A stretch of 64,000 nucleotides of DNA from Candidatus Omnitrophota bacterium. Its GTDB lineage: Bacteria; Omnitrophota; Gorgyraeia; Duberdicusellales; 4484-171. Each line of letters starts with the position of its first letter. Positions within the stretch are counted from its first letter, which is position 1. Shown here piece after piece: positions 10,297-19,678 of the stretch. The position numbers were made by a program, and so were the translations under genes. The notes beneath the pieces were generated by a model. The model searched no databases, was not told where the DNA came from, and saw only the letters and a program-made list of their open reading frames with translations. Location of the stretch: contig JBAWWL010000004.1 of NCBI GenBank assembly GCA_037146775.1, positions 22,471-86,470 on the forward strand, in the 5' to 3' direction.

Positions 10297-11190
10297 CTAC
10301 TCGAGATACGCTCCCGAGCCCACGATAAATGTTTCGTTGTTGTAGACGGCCTTACGCACATATGCATGTTTGCGGGATAGCGTAGACTCTCCCGGTTTTG
10401 GCCACATATAATCTATCCAGCCCAAGCCTTTATTAAGCGCAAGCGCAATATATTCCTGCACAAGTAACTTGCCGGTTGAATCCTGGTAGTCCATTAAGTT
10501 TTTTCCTTCTACATTTGGAAAGGCGGGATTAACCAGCTCTACGCCTTTGGGATCATCGACAAATATATATATGTTCATAAAGAGAAACGGGCCGGATTTG
10601 TCCCGAAGAACCGGGAAGGCGTTTTTTCCTTCCTTCTCAATCAAAGCAACTGCATCGTCTACCGCGCTGATAATAAAACATTTTTCTATCTTCATATTAT
10701 ATAATCCGCTGCCAATGACATATGTTTTGCCTGAAGGAGCAACGCAGCGTTTCGCAAAAGTGGTCTTCCACATCGGAAAAATACTTCCCGGCTCTGGCCA
10801 CTGATAATGAAACCATCCTTCGCCCTTATTATCATAACCGGTTGCCACCTCAAGAATATTCTTAATAATCGGCTTATTATTGATGTCTTTCAAGTCAATT
10901 TCGTTCTTGCCTGAAAGTGCGGGGTCGGGATGAACCAGCATATTGCCGTCGGTATCCAAGACAAAAATATACAGATTTCCATGCCGCCAAGCGCTGCCCT
11001 CTTTTTTGAATTCGGTAAATGCGGCCTCGCCCTTACTTGTCACAAGACCGGCGGCGTTTCTTACTAAACTAACCAAGTCCTTGGTTGTCTTATACTGATA
11101 ATCCGATAAATCTTCTGCAGAATGAGCCGGCAGACTGAATAAAAAAATGAAAAGAAATACCCTCACTGCTAACTCAGCTAATTTCTTCAT
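10297..11190 (-). CDS. secreted stand-alone tandem Cache-domain protein
   Basis: Signal peptide; two repeats of YIFV.D...HP/NP...GKN..D..D...GW..Y.WP.PG; no TM or output domain. Confidence 0.8.
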   Translation of the reverse strand: MKKLAELAVRVFLFIFLFSLPAHSAEDLSDYQYKTTKDLVSLVRNAAGLVTSKGEAAFTEFKKEGSAWRHGNLYIFVLDTDGNMLVHPDPALSGKNEIDLKDINNKPIIKNILEVATGYDNKGEGWFHYQWPEPGSIFPMWKTTFAKRCVAPSGKTYVIGSGLYNMKIEKCFIISAVDDAVALIEKEGKNAFPVLRDKSGPFLFMNIYIFVDDPKGVELVNPAFPNVEGKNLMDYQDSTGKLLVQEYIALALNKGLGWIDYMWPKPGESTLSRKHAYVRKAVYNNETFIVGSGAYLE

Positions 11191-11294
11191 TCCAAGTCTC
11201 CTCTTCCTTTATCTGTCGCTAAAAAATAATATCGTAGAGCCCGGAAGAAATATAAGAATAAAACAAATTTCGTGGCCCGGTAAAGTTTTAACAC

Positions 11295-12341
11295 TTACGC
11301 CTTAATAAATTTTACCTGCCTAAATAACTGGAACAGACGGCTAAAAGGCACATACCACTTGGAAAGTTGCCCTAATTGGCCATGAAGCTTCATCTTGCCT
11401 TGAGTTACTGCCACAAAGGAGTCTAGTTTACCTAAAAATATCTGCTCCCAAACAGGGGCGGGACCGGAGATAATAAAAGGTGCGTCGGCATCACAATCTA
11501 ACCTGATAATTTTTCCTTTCTCAAAATTGAATCTGTATGCTTTGTCGGTATCATCCAATTTAATCGCTAATTTTAGCGTTAGATCGAGCTCTTTACCTTT
11601 CGTGGCGATAAATTCATCTTTATTCACCAAATCCACAATCGCCTGAACATGTTCTCGTGAAAACATCGGATAAGCCGATTCACTTTTTGTAAGATTTTCT
11701 TTTAATGCACTGTCTAATTCGTCGAACATTTCTTTGTTAAAAAGACGGGCCAGCGCAGCAACCCTGATCGCCTCTTCCAGCGTTTCAATTAAAGCTAAAA
11801 CATCTTCGAACTTCTCTCCCACAGAAATAACACCATGGTTTTTCAGGATAACCAGGTTATTGGATCTCAAAGCATCAATTACCAGCTGCGGTTTTGTCAC
11901 CGTAGGGGTATCCTGCGCTACAACAGGAATCTCGCCTAAATAAAATTTTGTTTCGAAAGTGAGCGCTTTTAAGTTTTTTTCGACCGCAAAATATCCGTTG
12001 ATTAAGGGCGGATGAGCATGCACAACTGTTTTGGCGGGGAAATTTTTATAGACCAAGCTGTGTAAAGGTAATTCCGAACTTGGTTTCTTTAACGCTGCTG
12101 AATTAAGGGTATTTAAATTAACTTTAACAATGTCTTCTTCTTTTAAATCGCCCAGAAAAGTACCGGTTGCGGTAATAAAAATATTTTCCGAGTCTAACGC
12201 AGCGCTGATATTTCCCGACTTAGCCACACAAAGGCCTGCCTGATAGAGCCGTCTACCAACCTTGATAATTGCATCTTTTATTAACGCTTCATTTGTCATT
12301 TGAATTTTTACATCTGTCATTCGTATTGCATTATTTGTCAT
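11295..12341 (-). CDS. class II aldolase/adducin-family protein fused to a C-terminal SCP2 (sterol/lipid carrier) domain
   Basis: GNIS, ITATG, KPSSE..LH, HAH, NHG metal ligands; C-terminal IFLGKLDSFVAVTQGKMKLHG is SCP2-like; true start may be 12299. Confidence 0.82.
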   Translation of the reverse strand: MTNNAIRMTDVKIQMTNEALIKDAIIKVGRRLYQAGLCVAKSGNISAALDSENIFITATGTFLGDLKEEDIVKVNLNTLNSAALKKPSSELPLHSLVYKNFPAKTVVHAHPPLINGYFAVEKNLKALTFETKFYLGEIPVVAQDTPTVTKPQLVIDALRSNNLVILKNHGVISVGEKFEDVLALIETLEEAIRVAALARLFNKEMFDELDSALKENLTKSESAYPMFSREHVQAIVDLVNKDEFIATKGKELDLTLKLAIKLDDTDKAYRFNFEKGKIIRLDCDADAPFIISGPAPVWEQIFLGKLDSFVAVTQGKMKLHGQLGQLSKWYVPFSRLFQLFRQVKFIKA

Positions 12342-12342
12342 T
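12288..12342. repeat. degenerate TGTCATT repeats at 21-bp spacing, encoding the aldolase N-terminal MT..MT..MT
   Basis: Three TGTCATT copies at the mtnA-like/aldolase junction. Confidence 0.45.
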
Positions 12343-13275
12343 TATCTCTAAATAAATATGTTCCGTGATCAGATTATTCGGTGTTACATCAAATGCCGGA
12401 TAATAACCTTTGACGCCCTTTGCAGCCAACCGCAAACCTTGATATTCTAAAAGCTCGTTCTCCGGTCTTATTTCTATTTTTATGTCTTTTCCGGTTTTAG
12501 CGCGTGAAGGCGGAGGGCACAAAACATAAAAAGGAATACCGAAATGCTTGGCTAAAATTGCAATCTGATATGTCCCTATTTTATTGGCAATATCGCCGTT
12601 TAAAGCTAAATTATCCGCACCAACAATAACCTTGTTGGCTTTTTTCTCATACATTACCTGCGCCACCATATTATCGGCAATGACGGTAACGTCAAGACCG
12701 GCCTTTTTAAGTTCCCAGGCAGTTAAACGCGCGCCTTGTAAATACGGCCTGGTCTCGGTCACAAAAAAGCTGATATTTTTATTTCCGTGCCGGCAAAATT
12801 GTCCGATTAAGGACATCAGACCGCTGACGTTACAATGCGTAAGCACCACATCATTATCGTTAAGCAACAGACTGGCATCTTGTGCCTGTTGAATACGTTT
12901 CTGCTTTAATATTTCTAAAAAGCCAAGAATATTTTTTTCTAACGGCTCTCCGGCACAGTGCCAACCCAATACCATATCAGTCAGATATTTAAAAGAAAGG
13001 GTGGGCCGGGTAGCGTTAATCTGCGCTGCGGTTTCATGTAAAATCGGCGTAAGGTTCTTTTTATTTTTATTTTTTCTGATCACCAAAAGAAAAGTATATA
13101 ACACCAAGATAACCTGGCCGACTGCGCGCGTTTTCATTTCTTTAATTGCGCGGCAAGCCTGCTCACAATTGTCGGCTTTGATATATTTTATTTTGCGAGG
13201 AAGAAGTGTCTCGTCAAGAATATAAATAGCCTTATTTTTAAATTGGATCGGCCAAAATAATGGTGAAAACTTCAT
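12331..13275 (-). CDS. methylthioribose-1-phosphate isomerase-like protein (MtnA/eIF2B family), divergent
   Basis: TRPT, THCN, ETRPYLQGARLTAWEL, VGAD, NKIGTY, PAFDVTP; RGAP replaced by RAVG. Confidence 0.88.
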   Translation of the reverse strand: MKFSPLFWPIQFKNKAIYILDETLLPRKIKYIKADNCEQACRAIKEMKTRAVGQVILVLYTFLLVIRKNKNKKNLTPILHETAAQINATRPTLSFKYLTDMVLGWHCAGEPLEKNILGFLEILKQKRIQQAQDASLLLNDNDVVLTHCNVSGLMSLIGQFCRHGNKNISFFVTETRPYLQGARLTAWELKKAGLDVTVIADNMVAQVMYEKKANKVIVGADNLALNGDIANKIGTYQIAILAKHFGIPFYVLCPPPSRAKTGKDIKIEIRPENELLEYQGLRLAAKGVKGYYPAFDVTPNNLITEHIYLEINDK

Positions 13276-13286
13276 ATGTTTTTTGC

Positions 13287-14099
13287 TTAATGATTCGTTA
13301 AATGTTCTCGGTAGTGTGCTGATATTTTTTGTGTCAGCACACCGGGGGAACCTTGCCCTATTTTTTTGCTTCCACATTCTACCAAGGGCATTACCTCAAG
13401 GAGCGCGCTGGACAAAAATGCTTCATCGCTATCGTATAAATCTTCCAAAGTCAATTCCGCCTGACGGACTTTCAGCCGTAATTTTAATAAATCTTTCATT
13501 ATGATTTGCCTGGTAATACCGGCGAAAGCGCCCGACTTATCGGAAGAAGTAAAAATCTGTTTTCCCTTTACCAGAAATAAGTTGCTGCGCGAGCCGCCGA
13601 TAAGATAATTTTGCTGATTCAATAGAAGCGCTTCGTCTTTGTTTACTTTCTGCGCCTGATACCAAGACATTCTATTTTCCATAAAACTTAATGATTTTAT
13701 TTGCGCAAAAGGGCTTTGAGTAGCTTTGCGATAAGGGGAAACTATTGCCGTGAAACCCTTTGCGTAGGCACTCTCCGGATAATAGCCAAAAGTGTCGGCA
13801 TAAATGGTGACGCCGGTAGAATTTCTTTTCTTATACGCTGTGATACGAATATAGGCTTCACTTAAATCGTTTACCTTGAGTAATTCTCGAAGTATCTGTT
13901 CGAAATCCAACGCTACCTTATCCATGTCTAAGACGGCTAAGCCATCATTCAATCGCTGGATGTGTAAATCAAGAAATGGGATTGTACCGCCATAAGCCCG
14001 CAGTGTTTCAAAAACACCCCAGCCGAAAAGAAACCCCGGCTCAAATATTTCCGTAAGTGTTTCTTTTTCAACAAAAGCTGTATTACAAAAAACTTTCAT
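13287..14099 (-). CDS. PLP fold-type IV enzyme (IlvE/PabC/D-amino-acid aminotransferase family)
   Basis: GVFETLR, HIQRL, IKS (PLP Lys), GITR, DEAFLSS. Confidence 0.88.
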   Translation of the reverse strand: MKVFCNTAFVEKETLTEIFEPGFLFGWGVFETLRAYGGTIPFLDLHIQRLNDGLAVLDMDKVALDFEQILRELLKVNDLSEAYIRITAYKKRNSTGVTIYADTFGYYPESAYAKGFTAIVSPYRKATQSPFAQIKSLSFMENRMSWYQAQKVNKDEALLLNQQNYLIGGSRSNLFLVKGKQIFTSSDKSGAFAGITRQIIMKDLLKLRLKVRQAELTLEDLYDSDEAFLSSALLEVMPLVECGSKKIGQGSPGVLTQKISAHYREHLTNH

Positions 14100-14130
14100 A
14101 AGAATGTGGTTGACCGGCTAAAAAAAGAAG

Positions 14131-15012
14131 CTATAAATGAAAGAGCGTAAGAAAATTTTTATGCGCGATTTTCTCGGCACAGCCGCTATCAAGCGCGGCA
14201 ACCGCTTTTAAACTTTCCTGGATGTTCATGTTTGCCGGATAATCGGATCCCCAAAGAATTTTGTCTTCCCCAAACATCTCAATAGCCAACCTGATATTTT
14301 GCAGCGATGAGCCGGAAGCATCAACATAAACTTTGCTTAAAATCTGAGAAGGAAGCTTGCCTAAATCTTTTACCATTTCGCGTTTGCGTAGCATCGTGTA
14401 CACCCGATCAAATCTATCTCTCAAAAATGGGGCAACGCCGCCTAAGGATGAAAAAATGAATTTTATGTTAAATTTTTCTAGGATTCCTTCCATCATCAAA
14501 AGGCCGAGAAACATAGTGCTGTCGAAGCTGTATTCGAGAACCGGCATCAACAGCGGGTCTTTGATGCGCTCGAAACCAATAGGATTTATGGTTTGCGGAT
14601 GAACAAAAATAACCAAATTGTTTTTTTCTGCCGCTTCGAACAAAGGTTGTAATTTCTCCAAAATAAATTTGCCGTCATCACTCGAGGCAATGCTAATTCC
14701 TCTGCATCCTTCTTCCCGTAAATGCCTTACTTGTATAGCTATGTTGCCGCTTAAATCCACTATACCACAAGCAACAAATCTCTGGTCATCTTCAATCAAT
14801 GCCCCCAAAGAAGAGTTATACACTTCGCAAAGCTTTGGCCAACCAAGCTTTAAATGTGCGTCGGTGGCAGGGTATACTAAGAGCGCTTTCTGAATATCGC
14901 TGGTATCCAAAAATTCCAGTAACCTCTTTTTATCCATCCAGATACCCTGGTAAAAAGAGGTGTGCTCTGCTATTGGCGGTGGAATAAAATGAATATGACT
15001 ATCACACAGCAT
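14131..15012 (-). CDS. amidohydrolase_2 family protein (ACMSD/hydroxybenzoate decarboxylase-like)
   Basis: DSHIH, VHP, WGSDYP. Confidence 0.82.
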   Translation of the reverse strand: MLCDSHIHFIPPPIAEHTSFYQGIWMDKKRLLEFLDTSDIQKALLVYPATDAHLKLGWPKLCEVYNSSLGALIEDDQRFVACGIVDLSGNIAIQVRHLREEGCRGISIASSDDGKFILEKLQPLFEAAEKNNLVIFVHPQTINPIGFERIKDPLLMPVLEYSFDSTMFLGLLMMEGILEKFNIKFIFSSLGGVAPFLRDRFDRVYTMLRKREMVKDLGKLPSQILSKVYVDASGSSLQNIRLAIEMFGEDKILWGSDYPANMNIQESLKAVAALDSGCAEKIAHKNFLTLFHL

Positions 15013-15018
15013 AATTTT

Positions 15019-15140
15019 AGATGACCGATAACAGAGGTCAGAAGACAGATGTCAGATGACAGAAGATAAAAAAATGATTTTGTCTTTATTCTGTTTTCTT
15101 AAGTCTGTCCTCTGACTTCTGATTTCTGACTTCTGTCTTT
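15019..15140. repeat. intergenic inverted array of 7-bp units (AGAnGWC)n...(nTCTGWC)n, family A
   Basis: agatgac cgataac agaggtc agaagac agatgtc agatgac agaagat, then gtctgtc ctctgac ttctgat ttctgac ttctgtc. Confidence 0.85.
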
Positions 15141-15143
15141 CGA

Positions 15144-16601
15144 CTATATGTGCTTCTCTCCCTTCACTGCTCCTGCTTCCCACTTAGAAACACCACGCAT
15201 AACATCCTGGAAGCAAAGTTTTGCCAGTTGATCAAAGTTACTGGTCATAATTCTCTGGATGCGTCCAGGCTTAGAGAAAAATTCCCGCATACACCACGCA
15301 CCGAGCCTTCCGTAATCTTCAAGAGAAAGATGCGTAGTGCGCATGACCGGATGGAGAAAATCCCATTTAAGAAAATCGATCTTTTTAATATCTATCTCTC
15401 CCCGCTTAACCCTCTGCCTCCAGATAGGTGAATTCGGGGCCGGAGTAACATAACCAACCCATAAAATATCCGGGTCTACCTCGTCGGTAAACTCGAATCT
15501 TTGCTTTATGGAGTACTCGGTATCATCATCAAAACCCATCATAATATCAGCCACAATAGCAATATTCTGGGCGCGCAAAATATCAATGGTTTTCTTAATC
15601 TGGTCAATCGTGATGCCTTTGGCTATTTTTTTAAGTTCCTCGGGCGTAGTAACCTCAATGCCAAATACCCCCATGAACATGCCGGTTTCTTTCATGAGGG
15701 GTAAAATCTTCTCGCAATTAACCCAATCAACGGCTCTGCCTAAAGAAACCCATTTAATGGGATTATTCTTCTCTTTTTTCAATTTACAGAATTTCTCAAC
15801 CCTGTCAGGATTGACATTAAAATTATCGTCCTGGATAACTACAACTTTGGTGCCCATTTTATGCAGAAGCTCCAACTCTTCAATCACACGCTGGGGAGAT
15901 TTTGCCCGCCAGGTAAGAAAATCCTGCGGAGAACGGGGATCATATTGATCCCATTCGTAACAAAATGTACAAGCCGAAGGGCAGCCACGAGAAGTCATCA
16001 TTTCTACAAATGGTTTCCAGAAAGTATGCCCGACGTATTTATCCATCGGAAATAAATCGTACGCGGGAAGAGGCAGTGTATCCAGATCTTGCAATAATGG
16101 TTTATGCGGGCCCATGACTGGTTTACCGTCTATCCGACTGGTAACGCCGGCAACGTCTTTCATGTTTTTCCCTTTATCTATCGCCGCAATCAAATCGCAG
16201 AAAGACTCTTCCTCTCCCATAACCACATAATCTATCGCCGGATTGTCTTCCAAGGTCTGAACCGGCAAAGCGGAATACCAGAGGCCTCCCATAACTATCT
16301 TTACTTTGGGTAAAACTTGTTTTATTCTTGCGGCAGCCTGGTTAAAATACCAGATTATACCAAAACCTACTGAACAATGAATCATATCGCCGAGGACAAC
16401 TACGTCAGGATTTTTTTCCTTAACTTTTGCGGCGAGCTCTTCAATGGGGATTCCTAAGACGGTCGCATCCAAGACTTCCAGATTATTATAACCTTTTTCG
16501 CGAATATACGCTCCCCACTGGGCATAAAGCTGGTTAGGTGCAAAGTGGTTACCATGCGTTGCCCAAGCGCCGACTTTTGGCATAACGAAAAGAATTTTCA
16601 T
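15144..16601 (-). CDS. cobalamin-binding radical SAM enzyme (class B / BchE-like)
   Basis: N-terminal B12-binding region (KIVMGG, DYVVMGE), SRGCPSACTFC (CxxxCxxC), DDNF, GIE. Confidence 0.92.
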   Translation of the reverse strand: MKILFVMPKVGAWATHGNHFAPNQLYAQWGAYIREKGYNNLEVLDATVLGIPIEELAAKVKEKNPDVVVLGDMIHCSVGFGIIWYFNQAAARIKQVLPKVKIVMGGLWYSALPVQTLEDNPAIDYVVMGEEESFCDLIAAIDKGKNMKDVAGVTSRIDGKPVMGPHKPLLQDLDTLPLPAYDLFPMDKYVGHTFWKPFVEMMTSRGCPSACTFCYEWDQYDPRSPQDFLTWRAKSPQRVIEELELLHKMGTKVVVIQDDNFNVNPDRVEKFCKLKKEKNNPIKWVSLGRAVDWVNCEKILPLMKETGMFMGVFGIEVTTPEELKKIAKGITIDQIKKTIDILRAQNIAIVADIMMGFDDDTEYSIKQRFEFTDEVDPDILWVGYVTPAPNSPIWRQRVKRGEIDIKKIDFLKWDFLHPVMRTTHLSLEDYGRLGAWCMREFFSKPGRIQRIMTSNFDQLAKLCFQDVMRGVSKWEAGAVKGEKHI

Positions 16602-16650
16602 TGTACTCCCCCTTTTTGTGTTGTGCGACGGCGCATTAAAGCACCGGTAT

Positions 16651-17424
16651 TTATTTCTCTGGATGTTCCTGCTTATATGGTATCACCGGTTTGGTCCAGG
16701 GCGTTTGTTGATTTATAACTGCGATCTCTAAAGGACACACATTCGCCGGAACCGTCAAAGCAAACCGTACTGCATTTTCAATCGCTTCGGTGGTCATCAG
16801 ACGCGAAGCGTCTGCAGTTATTTCCTGCAATTTACCGGTTAAGTCGGTATCAGTAACCCCGGGTAAGATTGACGTAACCTTTATACCCCGATCGCGCAAT
16901 TCCCAAAATAATCCTTTTGAAAAAGCCCGTAAACCAACCTTAAGCGAACTATATACGATAAAGTTTCTGGGTAATGGGTCGCAAAGAGTCGAACCAGAAA
17001 CCATATTAATAATTGCTCCTGATTTCTTAGCTATCATATCATTGATCACTAGGCGGATTAAACGCACATAGCCCAGATAGTTAGTGTGCGCTAAGCGCTC
17101 AAAGTCCTCGATAGGCTGTTTCTCGAAAGGATACTGGCTGGAAACACCGGCGTTATTAATTAAAATATCAATATCGCCGAACGTTTCTTTCGCTTTGTTA
17201 ACCAGGTTTTCTAAGTCATTAAGCTTGGTTACGTCGCAGACTACTGGCAGAACTTTTACTTTGTATTTTTTTGCGAGCTCTTCGGCTGTTTCTTTAAGCG
17301 GGCCTTCCTGGCGCGCGGCAATAACTAGATTTATACCCAGGCTTGCGGCAGTCGACGCTATGGCTTTACCGATTCCGCGGCTTGCTCCGGTAACAACAGC
17401 AGTTTTATTCTTTAGGTTGCTCAT
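16651..17424 (-). CDS. short-chain dehydrogenase/reductase (putative ketoreductase)
   Basis: TGASRGIG, NNAG, YSSLK, PG. Confidence 0.9.
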   Translation of the reverse strand: MSNLKNKTAVVTGASRGIGKAIASTAASLGINLVIAARQEGPLKETAEELAKKYKVKVLPVVCDVTKLNDLENLVNKAKETFGDIDILINNAGVSSQYPFEKQPIEDFERLAHTNYLGYVRLIRLVINDMIAKKSGAIINMVSGSTLCDPLPRNFIVYSSLKVGLRAFSKGLFWELRDRGIKVTSILPGVTDTDLTGKLQEITADASRLMTTEAIENAVRFALTVPANVCPLEIAVINQQTPWTKPVIPYKQEHPEK

Positions 17425-17875
17425 CCAATATCCCTCCTCTTATCGGAAATTTGCTCAATTCCGAACGTAGGTCCTCCGCCGCTTTCCGGAAATCTGCCTG
17501 GGTCAGCTGTAAATCTACCCAAAGATCGTTCATTTCTCCGTCATAAAGAGCCCAGGAAGGCCTTACGCTATATTCAAAATATATCCGCAAATTAATATAA
17601 TTTCCTGATTTACCATTTATAATAAATCGCAGGTGCGGCTTGGCAAATTTTTTTTCCGTTTCGGTTTCCTCGTCTGCCGCCAAAGCTTGGAACCAATTAA
17701 TTATACTGTCGATTTCGAATGTTTGCAGGGCCGGATCAAAAACCTTCCAGTAACCATAGGGAGTGCTGACATAGAGACCAACGATCAGCCAGTTATCTTT
17801 GCGCACGGGCGGAATTTCGTATGCGCGAATCATGAGCCCGAATTCCGAACCGTGAGGACCTTTTAAAATTAGCAT
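17405..17875 (-). CDS. hypothetical protein resembling WapI-type immunity proteins
   Basis: DNWL...W...DPAL...E...W.....F..P.L.F pattern and C-terminal EL.KFP.R, recalled from WapI-like proteins. Confidence 0.5.
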   Translation of the reverse strand: MLILKGPHGSEFGLMIRAYEIPPVRKDNWLIVGLYVSTPYGYWKVFDPALQTFEIDSIINWFQALAADEETETEKKFAKPHLRFIINGKSGNYINLRIYFEYSVRPSWALYDGEMNDLWVDLQLTQADFRKAAEDLRSELSKFPIRGGILDEQPKE

Positions 17876-17948
17876 ATACTTACTACTCTTTACACGAAAA
17901 CTTTAGATAATATATTACCTGCAACATTGTATAATAATATCGTATTTA

Positions 17949-19070
17949 TTATGTTTTTACAACAAAATATCTGCTCGTAAATAATAATCCCGCCAGCCCT
18001 GAGCCCAGCGTTATAAAGCCGAGCATAAAACTTTTGTGCATAAGCCAGCCGGAAAAAACTACACCGCAGGCTCCGGCAATAAAACGTACTCCGCTGTTTA
18101 AGCTCGCGGCTTCGTTAAGCATATTCTTAGGTAAATCGGTAAGTGCCGCAGAAATGCCCGCGTGATTGAACGTCCAGCCCAAGCCCCACACAAGCATTAA
18201 GAGTACTAATATGGCGAGTGGACTTTTTACCAACAATAAGAATGCGCTTATAATCATAAGCGCTATCCCGACATCGGCGGTTTTCCTGCGGCCAAGTATA
18301 TCGGAAAGCCAACCACCGATCGCCTCTCCAAAAATACCGCTTAAGCTTGTCAATGTTATCAACATACTGATAAGAAACTGGTTCATTGAAAATGTGGCAG
18401 CAAAGTAAACGGAAAGCCATTGCTGTATGCCATGGTAGAATAAACTGACAAAAAATATGTAGGCAAATATCGAAATGATTGTCTTGTCTCGCAATACTGT
18501 CATGTATGGAATTTTTCTGCTGCTTCGCTGTACCACACACGAAGGCAGCCACAGATACATCAACAGCCATACTATAAAACCGATTATTGCGGGAATTAAA
18601 AAAATCATTCGCCACGGCATAATACCACTTGAGAATAATCCTGCCAGTGATGCGACAAAGGTGGCACTAAAAAATATCCCTACCAATTTTCCGCGATTTT
18701 TAGCTTCGACGCTATGGCCGATAAGAATCAAAATGAGCGGCACTACTGAAGCGCCAAAAATACCCATTAAAAAGCGTGCAAGAAATAACATATCAAGGGT
18801 GGGCGATAAAGCCGCCAGTAAGTTTGCTGCCGAAAAAAGGAAAAAACATACTAATTCGATCCTTTTTGCGTCAAACATATTCGCCAATGGCCCATAAAAA
18901 AGAGCGGCAACACCGTAAGGGAGCATATAAAGCCATACAATTCTGCCGGCAACGAAGAACTCGACGCCGAAATCACCGGCTATTGAAGGGATAAGAGCGG
19001 CGCAGGCGGCAACATTGAAAGATAAAACCGCGCCCTCTAAACAAAGTATTATAAAAGTAAGTTTTCTCAT
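17949..19070 (-). CDS. MFS transporter (putative product exporter)
   Basis: About 12 hydrophobic segments; GWLSDILGRR motif A; ARFLMG. Confidence 0.9.
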   Translation of the reverse strand: MRKLTFIILCLEGAVLSFNVAACAALIPSIAGDFGVEFFVAGRIVWLYMLPYGVAALFYGPLANMFDAKRIELVCFFLFSAANLLAALSPTLDMLFLARFLMGIFGASVVPLILILIGHSVEAKNRGKLVGIFFSATFVASLAGLFSSGIMPWRMIFLIPAIIGFIVWLLMYLWLPSCVVQRSSRKIPYMTVLRDKTIISIFAYIFFVSLFYHGIQQWLSVYFAATFSMNQFLISMLITLTSLSGIFGEAIGGWLSDILGRRKTADVGIALMIISAFLLLVKSPLAILVLLMLVWGLGWTFNHAGISAALTDLPKNMLNEAASLNSGVRFIAGACGVVFSGWLMHKSFMLGFITLGSGLAGLLFTSRYFVVKT

Positions 19071-19087
19071 TTATTATTGATTGCGTT

Positions 19088-19151
19088 GATTAGATACAGA
19101 TTACACAGATTTTTATAATCGGTGCAATCATTGTCCTAATCTGTGTAATCA
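19088..19151. repeat. intergenic GATTAC/GTAATC inverted repeat, family B
   Basis: Perfect 13-bp IR gattacacagatt (19099-19111) / aatctgtgtaatc (19138-19150); overlaps the cyclase stop codon. Confidence 0.8.
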
Positions 19152-19595
19152 TTTCATCGTAGAGATTTCTTTTTCAATTACTTCCTTAAAAATTTTTAAA
19201 TTGTCTTTTGAATGTTTATTAATAAAGCCTTCGACCTGTTCATCATTGAATTTCGCTTTTTCATCCATCTCAAAATGCTGGATCCAAGTCATCTCAATGC
19301 CTGTGGTGCGCGGGGTATACAACCAGATGATTTTCATAAACTTAAAAGGAAACTTCGGCTCTTCTCTTTCGGCATAGGCAAGATATTTATCTTTAAATAA
19401 TAAGCGCCATGATTGCCAACTGCGATTTTCGTCATCGGTAAGTTTAAAAGTAATTTTATTGTTTTCCTTTTTAACAACCTCGGCCTTTTTATATTCTCCG
19501 CCGAACAGCTCTGTCCAGCGCGTAATATCATTAGAAATATCAAAGATCTTTTCGTAGGGTGCATTGATAACAATTGAATTAACTGTATGTCCCAT
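19149..19595 (-). CDS. monodomain SRPBCC polyketide aromatase/cyclase (TcmN/WhiE-ORFVI-like)
   Basis: HTVNSIVINAP...NDITRWTELF..EY...SW.S.R...F.FM.I.W.Y...MTWIQHF; GGAGG RBS. Confidence 0.85.
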   Translation of the reverse strand: MGHTVNSIVINAPYEKIFDISNDITRWTELFGGEYKKAEVVKKENNKITFKLTDDENRSWQSWRLLFKDKYLAYAEREEPKFPFKFMKIIWLYTPRTTGIEMTWIQHFEMDEKAKFNDEQVEGFINKHSKDNLKIFKEVIEKEISTMK

Positions 19596-19613
19596 TTGTT
19601 CCTCCTTTATATT

Positions 19614-19678
19614 GTTCAAAGTTTAGAGTTCAATGTTCAATGAATACTCTCTGAACACTGAACGTTTAACATTGAACT
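19614..19678. repeat. intergenic inverted array of 7-bp GTTCAA/TTGAAC units, family C
   Basis: gttcaaa gtttaga gttcaat gttcaat ... ctgaaca ctgaacg tttaaca ttgaact. Confidence 0.75.
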
